Below, in pieces: positions 35,901 through 47,107 of a DNA stretch of 64,000 nt. The notes beneath the pieces are model-generated. The model had not been told where the DNA came from. It saw only the letters and a program-made list of their open reading frames with translations, and ran no database searches. Position 1 is the first letter of the stretch. Every line of letters begins with the position of its first letter. The DNA comes from Rhizaria sp. SCN 62-66 (taxonomy: Eukaryota): positions 62,001-126,000 of the forward strand of contig MEDY01000079.1 in assembly GCA_001724265.1 (NCBI GenBank), given 5' to 3'. Position numbers and translations under genes: made by a program.

Positions 35901-38900
35901 GATGGACGCGGACACGCAGCGCGTGCGCGCGCGGTACACGGACGCGCAGCTGGAGCAGGTCGCGAGCGCAGTACGGCGCGCGATCTCGATTAAGTTCATG
36001 CTCGTGGTGGGGCAGATCATCTTCATCTCGCCCAAGACGATCAAGAAGACCTCCTCAGGCAAGAAACGCCGCAGCGACACGACCAAGGCCATCGGCGAGG
36101 GACTGCTCGACCACCGCATCGTCAAGCGGTGCTACTCCAAGAGCATCGAGGCATACCTCAAGCTCAAGGGCGGGCTCGCGCTGGGACTCAAGCGCACCGA
36201 GGACGTCACCGCAGCCGCCATCTCTGCGTCGACTGTCGCCGCGCCTGCCGGCGGACCGGCCTCACACACCGCCGGTTCGTACCACAATGCCCAGCTCGCG
36301 CGCTCTACCAACGCTACCGGCGCTGTCGTTAGCAACACCGCCGTCGGTACCAACGCGCGCGCCGCGCCTGCGTCATCGTCGACGTCGTCGTCCATCAGCA
36401 ACCACGGCAGCATCAACCAGCAGCAGCAGCAGCAGCAGGGTCACTTCGGCGGTACCGTGGGCGTGTCTCTTGGCGGCGCTGACGGCGCGTACCTGCAGCC
36501 GGGAACTTACGTGCCCGGCGCACACGGTGCCCACGGCGCGCACCACGGCGGCGGCGCGGGCGGCGCAGTGCCGGGCGTGGTGTACAACTCCGGCGACCGC
36601 TACCAGCTCGCGCCCATGGAGCTGCTGCCGCCGCGCGCGAGCACGGCCGCAGGCGTCTCGGGCGCGGTCAGCCGCGAGGAGGCGTGGGCCGCGGTCGAGG
36701 CCGTGAAGCGCAAGGCCGCGGCGACGCGCTTCGACGACGCCAAGCGCCGCATCCTCGGCATCGTCGTCGCCGAGCTCAAGGAGGCTCAGGCGGGCAGCGC
36801 GGCGGCCGACGGCGAGGACGAGGAGACGGCGCGCCAAACGCGCGCCTTCACCCGCGGCGACGGCGCGCCGCGTGAGGACGCGAGCGGCGTCACGGTGGAA
36901 TACCTCGAGCAGATGGCGCGGCTGCCGGCCGACTCGCAGCAGCGCAAGCTGGACGAGTACGGGCTCGACTCGATGACGGGCTTCAAGCTCGCCAAGTCTC
37001 TTGCGCGCGAGTTCGACCTGCCGGCTTCGATGATGGGCCCGCACCTCTTCCTTCAGGACCCGACCATCGACGGCATGGTGCAGGTCATGGTCAACCTCGT
37101 CCACCTCCAGGCCACGCGCGCCGAGGAGGACTTCAAGCGTGAGTTCGACACCCCCAAGCCCTCCGCAGTCTCCTCTGCCGCCGCTGCCGCGGCTGGCAGC
37201 GCGAACAGTGCGCAGACGGTGCATGAGAGCGCGGCGGCGCAGGCGTACCGCTCGACGCCCGACGCGGACCGCGTGCCGTACGTGCTTGCGATTGGCACAG
37301 CCGTCCCGCGCACGTGCGCGCCGCAGTCCGAGCTGCTGGGCGCGATGATCCCGCCCATGCGGCTCGACGCGCGCGCGCAGGAGCGCTTCATGAAGATCGG
37401 CAACAACTCGGGTGTGCACACGCGCTACAGCGTGCTCGACTCGCTCGACGACATCTTCTGGGGCAAGGAAGGCGTAAACACCGACAGCGACGAGTACATC
37501 GACGCGCGCCAGGAGGTGTACAAGCGCGAGTCGGTGCGGCTGTCGGTGCAGTCGTCGATCGACTGTCTGCACGACTGGCTGGGCGCGCGCAAGCTCAAGA
37601 CGGACGATGAGCGCAGCGCCGAGCGCCTCGACGCCTTCCTCGACCTCGAGCGCCGCCACACCGAGGCCCAGCAGAAGAAAGCCGAGAAGAAGTGCCAGGC
37701 CGACGCCGACGCCGCCTCCGCCGCAGCGGCGGCCGCGAGCACCGGCACCAACGCGGGCGCCAGCGCGAGCGCCGCGGGCAAGAAGGGCGGCAAGCGCGGC
37801 GGCAAGCACTCCGCGTCCGCCGCTGCGACCGCGGCCGACGAGGAAGAAGAGGAGGAGGCCAAGTGCGCCCCCGGCGCCGCCAGTGCCGCTGCGTCCTCTG
37901 CATCCGCGTCGGCCGCCGCGCCGCGGTGCGCGCCGGAGCGCCCGCTGGCCGGCAACGGCATCGACAAGGAGGACCACAGCTACCTGAGCAACTTGGCGCA
38001 GACGCGGCTGGGGCGTACCATCACGCACGTCGTCGCCGTGACGTGTACGGGCGTCATCGTGCCGGGGCTCGAGTTCTACATCATGCAGGCGCTGGGGCTG
38101 CCCACCGGCACGCAACGGCTCTCGATCCAGTTCATGGGGTGCTTCGGCGCTATCTCGGGCATCCGGTGCGCGTCAGCGCTGGCGGCGGAGAACCCGCGCA
38201 ACCGCGTGCTGGTAGTGTGCACGGAGCTGTGCACGCTGCACATGCAGCTCAACGACCGCGTCGACAACCTCATCGCCACGGCGCTCTTCGCCGACGGGTC
38301 CGGCGCGTTCATCGTCGGCTGCGCGCCGACCCCGGCGGAGCGGCCGCTGTTCTCGGTGCAGTCGTGCTCTTCGTACGTTATCCCGGGCACGCTGGACCAG
38401 ATGGCGTGGGAGATGACCAAGACGGGGCTCCACATCGGGCTCGCCAAGGAGATCGCGGGCGAGATCTTCACGTGCATCGGAGACTTCCTCAACGACATGC
38501 TCAAGTACTCGGCCGACCCCAAGGCACCGCAGCACCGCGTGCGCGCGGCAGACTGCAACTGCGCCGTGCACCCTGGCGGCCCGCTCATCATCAACACAAT
38601 CCAGAACGTGTTAGGCATCGAGCAGGTTGGCGACGGCCACGGCGGCGGCGAAATCGACCCCGCGGGCCCCACAGCCGAGACGTGGACAATCCTGCGCGAC
38701 TATGGCAACATGTCCTCGGCAACGCTCGTGTTCGTGCTGGACCGGATCCGCGAGAACGACGAGAAGCGCGCCAAGTGGACGCCCACCATCGCCTTCGGAC
38801 CAGGGCTCAACATCGAGGGCGCGCTGCTCAAGGCCTGCTTCCCGGGCCGCGCGGGCACAGAGCAGTGGCAGCGCGCGCACGGCGCGGAGCTCACGCGCGC

Positions 38901-39087
38901 CATCGATGACGCCAAGAAGGCCCACCTCGCCCGCAAGGCCGCCATCACCTCAGCCTCCGCTGTCACCTCAGCCTCCGCGGCCGCCGCTGCTGCGGTCACC
39001 ACGAGCGCGGGCTCCACTGGCAGCGGCACTGCAATCACGGCTGCGCTTGCAACCGCCGTGACTGCGGCCGGCGGCAAGCGCCAGTGA
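32911..39087 (+). CDS. Fatty acyl-AMP ligase - acyl carrier protein - type III polyketide synthase fusion (~1990 aa); exons 32911-33069, 33262-39087
   Basis: FLQYTSGSTGGAKG, SWLPTFHDMGLIG, GAEPI, CYGMAE, GEIWI, RSGDMG, GRIKDMIIIRGQNFY, KTSSGK; YGLDSM; AIGTAVP, VTCTG, FMGCFGA, ALFADG, HPGG, YGNMSSAT, FGPGL; ends TGA. Confidence 0.92.
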
Positions 39088-39841
39088 GCGCAGCGTGCGA
39101 CGCAGAGGTCGCTACTAGACAGCGTGTGCTTGCTTGCTGCGAGCAGACAGTTTGTTAGGCTCTTGCGCGCAAATGGAAGGGGGGCCAGCTGTCTGCTGGC
39201 GGCGTCGTTGCAACGACAGCGGGCGGGCCACTCGGCAGCAGCATCGGAGACTGCAGCGGCTGCGGTGTTGCGCTGCGACTGCTGCGCCGCGACTCTCTCT
39301 TTTATTCTCTTATTAGACCGCGCTGCGTGCGCGGGACTAATGTTTTGTACTGGACTACGGGGCTATTCAGTGATCCATGCGGAGATAGCTTTGGGAAAAA
39401 TGTAGATTTGATCACAGTAAAAGATACGGTGTGTGTTTTTAAGCTTAGAATTTTGATGGTGGAGCAGGATACGATGACTCAATGACTTTTGTTTGAAATT
39501 GCGTTGAAGAACAAGACCGCTGGTAGGCGGCGATACGAGGGATATAGGCAAGGTGCTGGTGTGGAAGTAAGATGTCTCACATTAACAATGTGTGATTTGC
39601 CGTAAAACAATACAGAATGTGAAATAAACAAACATAAGTACGTCAGAAAATGGTAAAATAGCTGTCTTCGAAGAGCTGCGAGGCGGTCCCTCGACGTGCA
39701 AAAGCGTCAGTGGGGTTTCTTATATTGTCCTGAAAACCGTTCAGTGTCCGTTGAACCCGGTATGAATATCAACACAAAACGTGAAATGTGTGCTTATATA
39801 TATTCACGCAATTATACTTTCTAAAAATGACTCTGTATAGA

Positions 39842-42800
39842 ATGAACCGCTTGTACGGTCCGGCAGTCCCGCCCGCGTTTGCGCGGCGGATGGCCGAGGC
39901 CTACGGCCCCGTAGAAGGTGCGCGGTTGGCTGAGGCGATCGGCGCCTAGCCGCAAGTGACGGCCGTGCGCGTGAACCCGCGCCGTGCGGCGGCCGCGGTG
40001 CTTCCGCTGCGGCGCCTGCCCGGCGCGCAGCCCCCGTTCCGCGGCATTGCGGACGCGAGCGAATTTGTGGCTGGACGCTTCGCACGCAATGCGCTCATCA
40101 CGCGCGTGCACCGGCAGACCCAGCTTGAGCGCAGGGGTGGCAAGGGCGTGACGCCAGACGCTCCGCCCGAGCCCCGCGCCAGGCCGCGCTTCGACCCCGT
40201 TCCGTGGAACGCGCGTTGGGGTGTCTACCTCCCGGGCCCGAGCAATCCTTCGTGCGCCGCCATCGCTATCAGCGACACAGCGCAGCCGGACGCGCTACTT
40301 GGTACCGGCGGCGCTGCGACCACAGCCTCTATGCTCTCTGGCGGCGCAACGGACAGCGTTGTCCTCGTCTCATCGAACTTCGCGAACGCAGCGGTCGCCC
40401 CGTACTCAGGCCCCCGCATCAATGTCAGCACTGCCAGCAGCAACAGCAACAACAGCGGCGGCTCCGCGATGGCAATGCACGCGGACCCGCTGTACACAGC
40501 CGCAGGGCTGTACTACTCGCAGGACGCCGCCTCTCAGCTGCTCGCAGCGCTGATCGAAACAGATGCAGACTCAGCCGCTTCTGTCGCAGACAGCTACACA
40601 GCCCATTCAGCGCAGTCGGCGCTCGAGCTTGGCTCTGGCTTCCTCAGCGGTGGCCGCGGCAACGACGTCACCCTGGGCAGCGCAAGCGGGCTAACAGAGC
40701 ACTTGAACGCGAGCAGCGCTGTCACTGGCGCGGGCGCAGTCGCTGGTCGTCCGCTGCGAGTGCTCGACCTGTGTGCCGCGCCGGGCGGCAAGAGCACGCT
40801 TCTCGCTGCGACGCTCGCGCCGGGCTCGCTGCTCATCTCGAACGAGATCGACCCGCGGCGCGCGCGCGTGCTGGTCGAGAACATGCTTCGCCACGCAGCT
40901 CTGCCCGCCGGCGCCGCTCTTATCGTCACAAACGCGGCCGTCGAGGCCTTCACGGCGCGCCGCGCGCTCACGGACGCCGCGGCCGCCGACGCCACCGACG
41001 CGGCGCACCGCAGCGGCGGCGCGCCCGGCGGCAGGCTTACACTTGCCAGCGTTGCTGCGCTCCGCGCGCACCCGCCGCGCCAGACCGAGCTCCCCTCGCT
41101 CGCCGCTTTGCACAGCTGTGGCGGCGGTGCTGCGCAGAGCAGGCGCGAGGCTGCCGCTGCGCCGGTGCGCTCGCTGGCGGGGTCGGCGGCGCTGGTGTCG
41201 TCGCTGGGCGCGCGGGGCCCGCTCGCGGCCGCGGGTGTGGCGGCCGACGCGCCCGGTCTGCGGCGCTACGCGCGCGGGTCCACTGCGCTCGCGCTGCCTG
41301 GCACGCCCCGCGGCGCCGAAACCGTGCTTATGACCCCCCTAGGCGGCCCCGCCGCAGTGCTGTCACGGTCGCAGTCCTCAGGCGGCGGTGGTGGCCCGTG
41401 GCGGCCGTTCGCGCCGCCCGCGGCCGCGCTGGGCGAGCCGGCCGGCCTGGAATCGTTCTTCGACCTGGTCATTCTCGACGCGCCGTGCTCGGGGTCGGCC
41501 ATGTTCCGCCGCGAACCCGCCGCAGCGGCGGCGTGGACGCCCTCGATGCCACGCGAGCGCGCTGAGCTGCAGCACGCGTTGCTGGGCGCCGCGCTGCCGC
41601 TCGCGCAGCGCCTCGGCGGGCGGCTGCTCTACATGACGTGCTCGCTCGATCCGGTCGAGAACCAGCACGTCGTCGCGCGCGCGCACCGCGCCGGGCTCCG
41701 CGCCGCGCCCGCGATTGTTACCACCACAGCGGGGTCCGGCGACGGCGGCAATGCGCTCCGGCAAGGCGTCCCGCTGCGCATGGCCTGCCCCGAACCCGTG
41801 CCGCTGCCGCTGCCGCTGTCCCCGCGCGCCGCTGCGTCTGCACCCGATATGTTTGCGACGGCGCAAGGGCGCGCAGTGGCGGATCTGGGCCCGTGGCGCG
41901 GTCCGGAGCCGCCCGTGGGGCGCGCCGTAGCCGATGCGCCCGTCGCGCCGGTGTCCACCGCCGTGGCGCGCGGCGCGGCAGCGGACCTGCTGCCGCTCGA
42001 CTTCCCGGCCCTCAAGCGCGCGCCCGCCGCGTGGGGACTGGTCGAGACCGTGCTCACGGCCGTAGAGGACCCCGATGATGAGGACGCGGCGGCGCTGCGG
42101 GCCGCGCTTGCGGCACCCGCACGTACACTACTCAGCGCCAGCTCTAGCTCTAGCTCAAGTGCTGACTCGACGGACGACGTGGAGAGCGCTGATCTGCCGA
42201 AGCTCCCCGTGCGCGCGCACAACGGCCCCGCGCACGGCGGCAGTTCGGCTTCGTCGGCGCGCGGACTCTTGCAGCACGGCGCGCTGTCTCTGTTCGGCTC
42301 GGTCCCCGGCAGCAGCGGCGCGGTGGCCGCCTCGCCAGCGGAGCGGCTGTCGCGCGCGCTGTGGCTCGATCACGCGACGTACCTCGCGCTGCCCTCGCGC
42401 GCGCGCCTCGAGGGCTCCTTTGCGGCGGGCTTTGTCCGCGGCGACCGCGCGCAGGTGCTGGCGGCCGCGGCGGCCGCGCTCGAGGCCAACAGCAGCGCCG
42501 TCGGCGCCGCGCTGGCGAACACCGCCAGCGCGCGCGAGGCGGTGTGGCGGCTGCGCGCGGCAGCCACGCCCACGTCGTCGTTCCGTCCCACGGCCGCCGC
42601 GGAGGTCACGGCGGCCGCGGTCACAGCCGCCGACGCCGGCTCGCCCGTCGCCGCCGCGGTTGCCGCCGCGCGCCGCGCGCTCAGTGCCGGCGGCCGCGGC
42701 GCGCCACCGCTGCTGCTGGGCGACCCCCGCGCGGCGGTTGTGAGTGGCGCGGCGGCGGGCAGTGGCGCGAGCAGCGCTGCTGGCGGGCTTGCGGGGGCGC

Positions 42801-44155
42801 TGCCGCCCGGCGTGGTGGAGGCCGAGGTGCTGCTGCCGCACGGCGCCGAGGGCCCCGCCGCGGGCGAGGCGCGCGCCCGGTCCGAGGACGATCCAGACTG
42901 CAACAGCGCTGGCGGCGATGACGAGGCGGAGACGGTGTGGCTCGCACTGGGGCCCGGCGCGCGCGTGGGCGGCTTTCTGCGCGCGTCGCCGGCCTTGGTG
43001 CGCGCGCTGGCGAGCTGGGTGCGCGTGCCCGCTGGCCACTGCCTGCTCCTGCGCGTGCGCGCTGACGACGACGCGCGCGACATCGCCGCCGCCGCCGCCG
43101 CTGGCTCCGAGTCCGCGGCGGCGGGGAGGATGCCCGCGTCGCACGCGGTTAAGAGCAACGCGAACCTGCGCCCGTCCGCCAACGCCAAGCGGCGGCGCGA
43201 AGGCCGTGACAGCCGCGACGGGCGTGGCGGTGGTGACGGGCGCGGCGGCGATGCTGGCAGCATTATGAGCGCGTCGCACGAGTCGTCGCTGTACTCCCCG
43301 CTGCGGTCCGGCCCCGGCGCGCGGCGGTTGGACGAAGACGGCGCGTTTGCGGCCGAGATCGCGCTCTTCCCCGAGGCGCACCTGCCCGTGCTGCAGTGGC
43401 TGACCTCGCGCGTTCTGCCGGCGCGCGGCGCGGGCTGCGCGCCGGTCCCCGTGCTCGCCGCGGGCGTCCCCGTCGGCACACTGCGGTTTGCGCTACCCGC
43501 AGTCGCTGCAGGGCTGCTTGAGGACGCCGTCGGTGCGGCCGCGTCCGCGGTGCCGCACGGCTCGCCCGCGCTGTCGTCGCCGCGCGCCGGCGTGCGGCTC
43601 CCGCTCGACACGGCGCGGTTTACGCCAGCGCACACGCTCGCGCTGGCCGCCGCCGAGCTGCTGCCGCCACGCCGCCTGCGCCGGGTTGTTGCGCTGACCG
43701 AGGCCGAGGCCGTGGCCTTCACCACGGCGACCGGCGCCGTGCCGCTGTGGCTGCTAGCCGCCACGGGCGCCGCGTCGCCGCTGCCGCTGGGTGCGCGCGA
43801 CGCTGAGCGCTCCTCCGCCACGCTCGTCCCGCCCGCCGCAGACGACATGGGCGTCCCGCTGCGCGCTGCCGCGGGCGCTACTGATGCCGCCGCGCTGGCC
43901 GGCGGCACGGGGTGGACGATGGCGGAGCCGCTGAGCGTTGCGGCGCCCGCGCGCGCCGGTGCATCTGGCGAGCTACGGCTCGCAGTCAGCCCGGAGGGCG
44001 TGCCGCTCGGGTGGATGCAGTGGCGCCGCGACCGGGCCTCTAAGGCAGGCGATCGCAAGTGGCACAGTCTCTTCCCCGAGAAGTGGCGGCTTGTCAAGGT
44101 GCAGCCGTTCGGCGACCATGCAAGCGACGAGAACGGCACCGACGTCGTTGCGTAA
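39842..44155 (+). CDS. RsmF-type (NOL1/NOP2/Sun) RNA m5C methyltransferase with large insertions; in-frame TAG at 39947-39949
   Basis: PPAFARRM..AVRVNP N-domain, YYSQDAAS, VLDLCAAPGGKS, SNEID, FDLVILDAPCSG, YMTCS...EN, RFTPAHTLA, PLGW..FPEKWR; ends TAA. Alternative in-frame ATG at 39827. Confidence 0.85.
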
Positions 44156-44544
44156 CAGTCACGCATCACATATCTCCCTGCATTTTTACTCGAGCATGAT
44201 CTCAATATGATATATAGAATGTGTTATATAGTTTATTTATTAGTCCTCCAATACATCTCTGTGTTTTGATGCTAGTTGGTTCAAGTTTGTATTCTTAATC
44301 CTGCGCTTATTCATGGTTTTGACACAAACGACCACGAATCGTTTTTGAGCGGACAGCTTGTGCCTGACTGCCATGATAATCTTGATCATTGATGTGTGTG
44401 ACCCTGTCGTCATGTTGCTCTGATGAGATAATGTCTACATTTAATCATTGTTTTAGTATTCACTTTATACTTGAACTCTCCTTAATTCTTCGTCATCCTT
44501 TCAGAAACCACTACATCTTATCGCACGAGTCAGATCTTTCACTC

Positions 44545-46686
44545 ATGAGCCTGCCCAACTACAATCCGGATGAGCTGGCGCGCCAAGAGCGCGAAGTTCA
44601 GGAGAAGATTGATAAGTTTTCGTCGCTTGCTTTGGAACCGACCGTGCCTGACACTGGTGGCGATGCAGGTGGCGATGACAACGACGACGACCTGGATATG
44701 GCTGCACTCGAGCACAGCGACAACGACGACACGATGCTCAAGATGTTCGAGGGAGGGGGCGACGACGACGATGCCATCTTAAAGAGCTTTAACCGCGCAG
44801 AAGCCGGTGATGACCACGGCGGTGCGGAGATGAACGACGCAATGTTGGTCCGCCTTGAGAAGGAAATCGCGGCCGAAGACGAAGCCGAGAACGCCATCAT
44901 CAACGGCACAGCTGGCAAGAAGCCCGCAGCAGCTGCGTCCAAGCCCGCCGCCACAGCCGCGCCCCCGCGCCCCGCGGCTGCGAAGCCCGCGCCCGCCGCG
45001 CCCCCGCATTCTTCTGTTGCAAAGCCCGCGTCCGCATCTGCGCCTGCGTCCGCTCCCAAGCCATCGACCGCTACGGCGACTGCGATGACTGCGACGAAGC
45101 ACACGGGCCCGCCCGTGCCTCCCGTGCGCATCGCCGACGGCGGGAGCAAGTTGGCCACGGCGGCGCCCGCGAGCAGCGCGGCTGCTGCCGCTGCTGCGGC
45201 CTCCGCGAGCGCGTTTGCGGAGCTCTCCGCGCGTCTGACTGGCAACATCGCCTCGCTGAGCGCGCATATCAAGGCGCTGCTCGTCCAGAAGCAGCTCGCC
45301 GAGACCGCGGCCAAGTCGGGCAAGTCCTCCGCTGCGCCGGCCCCCGCGGCGGGCTCGTTTGAGGCGGAGGCGTCGCGCGCGCTGGCGCTGCGGCGTTCGC
45401 TGGAGCACGCGCTGGCGCGCGTGGCTCAGCTGCAGCGCGCGGCGGCGGGCCCGGCCCCTGGGTGGTCGCTGCGCAGCGTGCCGCTGCAGCGCGAGGTCGC
45501 GCTCGAGGAGGTCGCCGCGGACACCGTCGAGGTCTGCGTTGACTGCTTCGCGCCCGCGCGCCGCGACTCGAGCGGTGGCGATACGCTCACGGCGCACGTC
45601 GCGCTCGACCTGGGCGCGGGCGCGCCGCCCGAGGTGCACACGGGGTGGGCCAAGCAGGACACTGCGGGCAACGCGCGGTGGGCGGCGACGCTGCCCGTGG
45701 CGCTGCCGGCCAACTGGGCGCGTTCCACGGCCGTCACGCGCGCGCTGCGCGCCCTGCGCGCGCGCGTCGTACTCAAGAAGAAGGGCGTGCTGTGGGGCAC
45801 GAAGGATCTGGGCGCGGGCGACTGGCGCGTCGGCGCGGCGCTCACTACCGCATGCGAGGCTGCCGAGGCTGTCAAGGTGCGCGATACCGACGACCAGGTG
45901 CTGGGGACGGTCGCGCTCAGGCTGCGTGTGCGGCGGCCGCTCGCGCGCAGGCTCTTTGTCACCGAGGCGGTGCTCATCGCCACCGTCGAGTTCGACGATG
46001 AAGTCGAGCTAGCACCCGCGGCAGCTAAGTCTGTCGCTGCTGCTGCTGCTGCGCGCACTCCGCGCCAGGCTGTCTCGACCGCCGAGCTTCTCGGTTCCGC
46101 GCCTGCTGCTAGCGCTGGCACGGGCACTGGCGTTGGCGCGGCAGCAGCAGCGAAGTCCACGCCCGCGCCCGCCGAAGCTGCTGCCGCAGCGAAGGAAGCG
46201 GAGGGCGAGCTTGAGGGCGACGCGCTACTGCGCGCGGCGGGCGCGCCGGCGGGGGTAACGTGGGCCGAGCTTGAAGTCGCGGGCACTCCGCAGGCGACGC
46301 CGTCATTCGACGCGCTCAACGCGATCAAGGCCGCCGCGGAGGCCGCGGGCAAGGCCGCCGCGACCGCGGGGCGCACGCGCGAGGCCGCAGCGCAGCAGGA
46401 GATTGTGGGCGAGTGCGATCGCATGGTGATGTTCTTCGAAGTTGCCGTGGGTTCCGGTAAGTTATCACTCGACGACTACCTCGATGCGCTTAAGGCCGCC
46501 GTGGCGCGAGAGCGCAAACACATGCAGACGCTCGTTGCGCTCGCTAAGTTCTATCATGGCCGCGGGGACAGCGCCAAGTTCAAGGAGTTCGGCGCCAAGG
46601 CCAAGGCGCTCGCAGGCACCGTGCAGATCATGGAGCAGGAGATCAAGACGGCTGAAGAGAACCGCGACGAACTCGACCAGGAGTAA
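44545..46686 (+). CDS. CC2D1/Lgd-like coiled-coil and C2-domain protein
   Basis: C2-like segment KKKGVLWGTKDLG..TACE..LRLRVRRPL and C-terminal helical region (LDDYL..IMEQEI) resemble CC2D1A/B; ends TAA. Confidence 0.6.
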   Translation: MSLPNYNPDELARQEREVQEKIDKFSSLALEPTVPDTGGDAGGDDNDDDLDMAALEHSDNDDTMLKMFEGGGDDDDAILKSFNRAEAGDDHGGAEMNDAMLVRLEKEIAAEDEAENAIINGTAGKKPAAAASKPAATAAPPRPAAAKPAPAAPPHSSVAKPASASAPASAPKPSTATATAMTATKHTGPPVPPVRIADGGSKLATAAPASSAAAAAAAASASAFAELSARLTGNIASLSAHIKALLVQKQLAETAAKSGKSSAAPAPAAGSFEAEASRALALRRSLEHALARVAQLQRAAAGPAPGWSLRSVPLQREVALEEVAADTVEVCVDCFAPARRDSSGGDTLTAHVALDLGAGAPPEVHTGWAKQDTAGNARWAATLPVALPANWARSTAVTRALRALRARVVLKKKGVLWGTKDLGAGDWRVGAALTTACEAAEAVKVRDTDDQVLGTVALRLRVRRPLARRLFVTEAVLIATVEFDDEVELAPAAAKSVAAAAAARTPRQAVSTAELLGSAPAASAGTGTGVGAAAAAKSTPAPAEAAAAAKEAEGELEGDALLRAAGAPAGVTWAELEVAGTPQATPSFDALNAIKAAAEAAGKAAATAGRTREAAAQQEIVGECDRMVMFFEVAVGSGKLSLDDYLDALKAAVARERKHMQTLVALAKFYHGRGDSAKFKEFGAKAKALAGTVQIMEQEIKTAEENRDELDQE

Positions 46687-47107
46687 GAGGACCTGGCGAA
46701 TAATAACCCTGCATCTGGCAACTATCTAGTTTACACCATACATTTTTCATTTTGATATTCACAAAATTCACTAAGAGCACACTGAAAAGGCTTGAAATGT
46801 CACTTTTTGTTTGCTGTGCTGTCACAGCGTTCCTAACATCACCACTCGGGACAGGGGAAAAACGAAGACTGATTGAGTCATTTTGATCGTCAGCTGAACT
46901 ATATCTCGCGTATGATATTTTAACTGTCACATTCTGTACGAACTGTTTTTTCGGATAAATCTCACTCTCTGTTTGTATGTTGTTCTGAACCTTTTGATTC
47001 TAAACAGTCGCAGACGATCCTGAACTCAACTTCTTTGCCAATACGACACGTGCACAGTGGCCCTTGGGAGTGCATCCAAGCGATTGGACGTGTTTTCGTG
47101 GCGTCCC

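Noticed and set aside
28305-46686. A biosynthetic gene cluster around the FAAL-ACP-PKS
   Set aside because: Neighbours are housekeeping or ciliary genes; no PPTase or tailoring enzyme adjacent (the methyltransferase is an RNA m5C type).
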